Below are positions 21,201 through 24,000 of a stretch of DNA of 24,000 bases, piece by piece. Where the stretch lies: the NCBI GenBank assembly GCA_018067045.1, contig JAGPVL010000005.1, positions 10,501 through 34,500 on the forward strand, given 5' to 3'. The stretch is from Gammaproteobacteria bacterium (GTDB lineage Bacteria > Pseudomonadota > Gammaproteobacteria > Pseudomonadales > Alcanivoracaceae). The translations under genes and the position numbers were made by a program. The notes under the pieces are model-generated. The model saw only the letters and a program-made list of their open reading frames with translations. It searched no databases and was not told where the DNA came from. Position 1 is the first letter of the stretch. Each line of letters begins with the position of its first letter.

Positions 21201-22538
21201 ATGTCTGCACAGAGTCCCGAAAAGATCTCGGCAAAAGTCGGCTTCATCAGCCTTGGCTGCCCGAAAGCACTGGTTGATTCAGAGCGCATACTCACCCAGC
21301 TGCGTATTGAAGGCTACGAAGTCGTGCCGACCTATCAGGACGCAGACGTTGTCGTGGTCAACACTTGTGGCTTTATCGATGCGGCGAAAGCCGAGTCCCT
21401 TGAGGCCATCGGCGAAGCGATCAGTGAAAACGGCAAGGTGATTGTCACCGGCTGCATGGGTATTGATGAATCGGTCATTCGCGCTGTCCATCCGCAGGTT
21501 TTATCCGTGTCCGGCCCGCAGCAATACGAGCAAGTGGTTAACGCCGTTCACGATGTTGTCGCGCCGCCGACAGAACACGACCCGTTTATCGACCTTGTTC
21601 CCCCTCAAGGCATTAAACTCACGCCTCGTCATTATGCCTATTTGAAGATCTCGGAAGGCTGCAATCACAAATGCAGTTTCTGCATTATTCCATCTATGCG
21701 CGGCAAGCTCGTCAGCCGCCCGGTCGGCAGTGTGCTCGACGAAGCTGAGCGTTTAGTAAAATCTGGCGTGCAGGAATTACTCGTTATTTCTCAAGACACC
21801 AGTGCATACGGTGTTGATTTGAAATATCAAACCGGCTTTTGGCAGGGCATGCCGGTTAAGGCGAAGATGCTCGATCTTTGTGAGGCGCTAGGCTCCATGG
21901 GAGTATGGGTTCGCCTGCACTATGTCTACCCTTACCCGCACGTAGACGATGTCATTCCGTTAATGGCCGCCGGGAAGATATTGCCGTACTTGGATATTCC
22001 GTTTCAGCACGCCAGCCCACGCATTCTTGCGTTAATGAAGCGCCCTGCTTTCGCTGAAAACACCCTTGAACGCATTAAACGCTGGCGCGAAATCTGTCCG
22101 GACATCACCTTGCGCTCAACCTTTATTGTCGGCTTCCCTGGGGAAACCGATGAAGATTTTGAGATGCTTTTGGATTGGCTTGAAGAAGCGCAACTGGATC
22201 GCGTTGGCTGCTTTATTTATTCGCCCGTGACAGGTGCCCGCGCTAACGATCTGCCTGACCCTGTTGATCCTGATGTCGCAGAAGAACGGCTTGAGCGTTT
22301 TATGAATGTTCAAGCGCGCATTAGTGAAGACCGACTCAAAGCAAAAATTGGCCGAGAGATTGAAGTGCTTATCGATGAAGTCAATGATGATGGCGCAATT
22401 GGTCGCTCACACGCCGATGCACCTGAAATTGATGGCCTCGTTTACCTAGATGACGAAGTTGATTTACTGCCAGGGCAACGCGTTAGAGTACGGATTACTG
22501 GCTCAGACGAACATGATCTCTGGGGCGAATTACTATAA
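21201..22538 (+). CDS. rimO: Ribosomal protein S12 methylthiotransferase RimO
   Basis: Matches the RimO N-terminus ([42 protein letters not shown]). Has the radical-SAM motif [13 protein letters not shown] and a C-terminal TRAM domain. GAGG lies 6 nt before the ATG at 21201. The ORF-track start at 21189 is 4 codons longer. Confidence 0.93.
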   Translation: MSAQSPEKISAKVGFISLGCPKALVDSERILTQLRIEGYEVVPTYQDADVVVVNTCGFIDAAKAESLEAIGEAISENGKVIVTGCMGIDESVIRAVHPQVLSVSGPQQYEQVVNAVHDVVAPPTEHDPFIDLVPPQGIKLTPRHYAYLKISEGCNHKCSFCIIPSMRGKLVSRPVGSVLDEAERLVKSGVQELLVISQDTSAYGVDLKYQTGFWQGMPVKAKMLDLCEALGSMGVWVRLHYVYPYPHVDDVIPLMAAGKILPYLDIPFQHASPRILALMKRPAFAENTLERIKRWREICPDITLRSTFIVGFPGETDEDFEMLLDWLEEAQLDRVGCFIYSPVTGARANDLPDPVDPDVAEERLERFMNVQARISEDRLKAKIGREIEVLIDEVNDDGAIGRSHADAPEIDGLVYLDDEVDLLPGQRVRVRITGSDEHDLWGELL

Positions 22539-22542
22539 AGCC

Positions 22543-22574
22543 GATCAGGCGGAAGTGCGCGCTTCCGCCTGATC
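22543..22574 (+). terminator. Stem-loop terminator after rimO
   Basis: A perfect 13-bp stem, gatcaggcggaag (22543-22555) / cttccgcctgatc (22562-22574), with a 6-nt loop. It begins 5 nt after the stop and is followed by atttcagtt, a weak U-tract. Confidence 0.6.
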
Positions 22575-22648
22575 ATTTCAGTTATCTAGCAGACCCGCCA
22601 AAGCCCCTCGCCCCCCGCGCCGACTCCTAACGGAAAACGTATGCTTCC

Positions 22649-23512
22649 ATGCCTAACGACAACTTAGTTCGCTCCGCAGTACTGCTGATGTGCGGCGAGC
22701 TATTACTGGCTGTCATGGCTGCGATGATCAAGCATCTTGCTGGTGAAGGCTTGCCGCCTGAGTTGATCGTGTTTTTCCGCAATTTTCTCGGCTTACTGTT
22801 TCTCTTCCCTATACTCTTCGGCACCGGCGGCCTTCGCCAACTGAAAACAAAACGCATCGGCTTGCACTTTATTCGCGCGGGCACCGGTGTCGCTGCAATG
22901 TTTTGCTATTTCTACACCATTGCGCACGTGCCCTTGGCTGATGCGATTATTGTAAAAATGACGGCCCCATTCTTCCTTCCGCTCACAGCCATGATCTGGC
23001 TAGGCGATAAAATCACGTTACGGACATGGGCTGCCATTGCGGTGGGCTTTCTTGGCGTTGCTGTAATTATTCAGCCCGGTACCGGCGCATTTAACCCCGT
23101 CATGATCGTCGCCTTATTAAGTGCTGTTTTAATGGGGGTGGCAAAAGTCAGCATCCGAAAGATGGCGGACACCGAACCACCGCGCAGAATTGTTTTTTGG
23201 TTCGGCGCTATTAGTAGTGTGATTTCTGCGATACCGCTTTTCTGGATAACGACATGGCCCGACGGGGCACAGTTTGGTTGGCTTCTCGCTATCGGCTTGA
23301 CTGCGACGATTGCGCAAATCTGTATGACCACAGCCTATCAATTGGCTAGCCCCGGCCGTGTTGGCATCTATAACTACACCGCTGTCATTTGGGCGGCGGC
23401 ACTTGGTTGGTTATTCTGGGATGAATCATTAAAGTGGGCGACGCTAGCAGGAACACTACTCATCGTTGCCGCCGGAGTATGGAATTTGGGCTCTGCAAAA
23501 ATAAAAAAATAG
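22649..23512 (+). CDS. DMT-superfamily (EamA-like) inner-membrane transporter
   Basis: 287 aa and almost entirely hydrophobic, with about 10 predicted TM segments arranged as two similar halves, as in EamA-domain proteins. The substrate cannot be predicted. Confidence 0.75.
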   Translation: MPNDNLVRSAVLLMCGELLLAVMAAMIKHLAGEGLPPELIVFFRNFLGLLFLFPILFGTGGLRQLKTKRIGLHFIRAGTGVAAMFCYFYTIAHVPLADAIIVKMTAPFFLPLTAMIWLGDKITLRTWAAIAVGFLGVAVIIQPGTGAFNPVMIVALLSAVLMGVAKVSIRKMADTEPPRRIVFWFGAISSVISAIPLFWITTWPDGAQFGWLLAIGLTATIAQICMTTAYQLASPGRVGIYNYTAVIWAAALGWLFWDESLKWATLAGTLLIVAAGVWNLGSAKIKK

Positions 23513-23818
23513 CAGTGAAGTCTCTTAAGGCGCGCCCCTCTAAGTACAAATATTCTCCGTATCCTTGTAAGCAAAAAACATGTCATAGCGTTGCAACTTG
23601 TAGCCATTAACACCGATGGCATGGATGTGCAAAACATCTAAATCCTGTCCTGATTGACTAACCTGCTTGGTAGGTTTGGCTATCCGCAATACCCTCTAGC
23701 AATAATAATGGCTCAGACAGACAGAACCTGACCTCCCTCCTCACGTATTCTTATGCGCAACTCGCGCGCTACGTCTATTTGCTTTGCATTCAACTAAAGC
23801 GCCCTAAAGGAGCACACT

Positions 23819-24000
23819 ATGTTTGTCCGCATCGCTCTGTTTACCTTGCTTGCGTTCCAGCTTGCAGGATGTAACGGATTCACTGATTGGGTTTACGATA
23901 CCGCGTTAAGTGTAGAACGTAACAGGGCTGGACTCATATCAACCTCGCTCAGCACTGATGACGGCATTGATTGGTTTTATTTGCACAGCGCAGACAGTCA
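23819..24000 (+). CDS. Lipoprotein, 5' fragment running off the window (possibly an alpha/beta-hydrolase-type lipoprotein)
   Basis: ATG at 23819 with AAAGGAG 7 nt upstream. The sequence MFVRIALFTLLAFQLAG-C has an L-A-G-C lipobox. The frame stays open to the window end, which is why it is absent from the ORF track. The hydrolase guess rests only on resemblance of the first ~60 aa to N-termini I recall. Confidence 0.6.
   Translation, partial: MFVRIALFTLLAFQLAGCNGFTDWVYDTALSVERNRAGLISTSLSTDDGIDWFYLHSADS

Overview
This looks like a chromosomal window from a gammaproteobacterium, judged by gene order and protein similarity. GC content was not computed. It has three parts.

(1) 111-7567, minus strand: a complete AcnD/PrpF-type methylcitrate (propionate) operon. 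It runs GntR-family regulator, prpB, prpC, acnD, prpF. REP-like palindromic elements sit in each spacer from prpB to prpF.

(2) 7958-17936, minus strand: a seven-gene cell-envelope cluster, which is the interesting part. It encodes:
- an acidic, Gly/Thr/Ile/Val-rich secreted protein with no Cys, Trp or Arg (DUF6160/FilA-like);
- a TPR-sulfotransferase;
- a stand-alone C39 cysteine peptidase;
- two outer-membrane beta-barrels (MetA-pathway-like 'transporter' and an enlarged FadL/TodX-like protein);
- two lipoproteins (FilE-like with a MalM-like C-terminus, and a 695-aa orphan).

From memory, the gene order matches the uncharacterised filABCDEF 'putative pilus' locus of Acinetobacter. The parts list also resembles the Fap functional-amyloid system (C39 peptidase FapD plus barrel FapF). 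No chaperone/usher, type IV pilus, PCAT/ABC, sortase or CsgG component is present. I propose a non-canonical, Sec-dependent surface-fibre or secretion pathway in which the periplasmic C39 peptidase removes a double-glycine-like propeptide.

(3) 18366-24000: housekeeping genes. These are pabB, rlmG, rimO, a DMT/EamA transporter and a truncated lipoprotein gene, with more REP elements and a ~30-bp tandem array between pabB and rlmG.

Several ORF-track starts are TTG-initiated over-extensions running into REPs or 5' UTRs. I trimmed them. All homology statements come from reading the translations, since no searches could be run.
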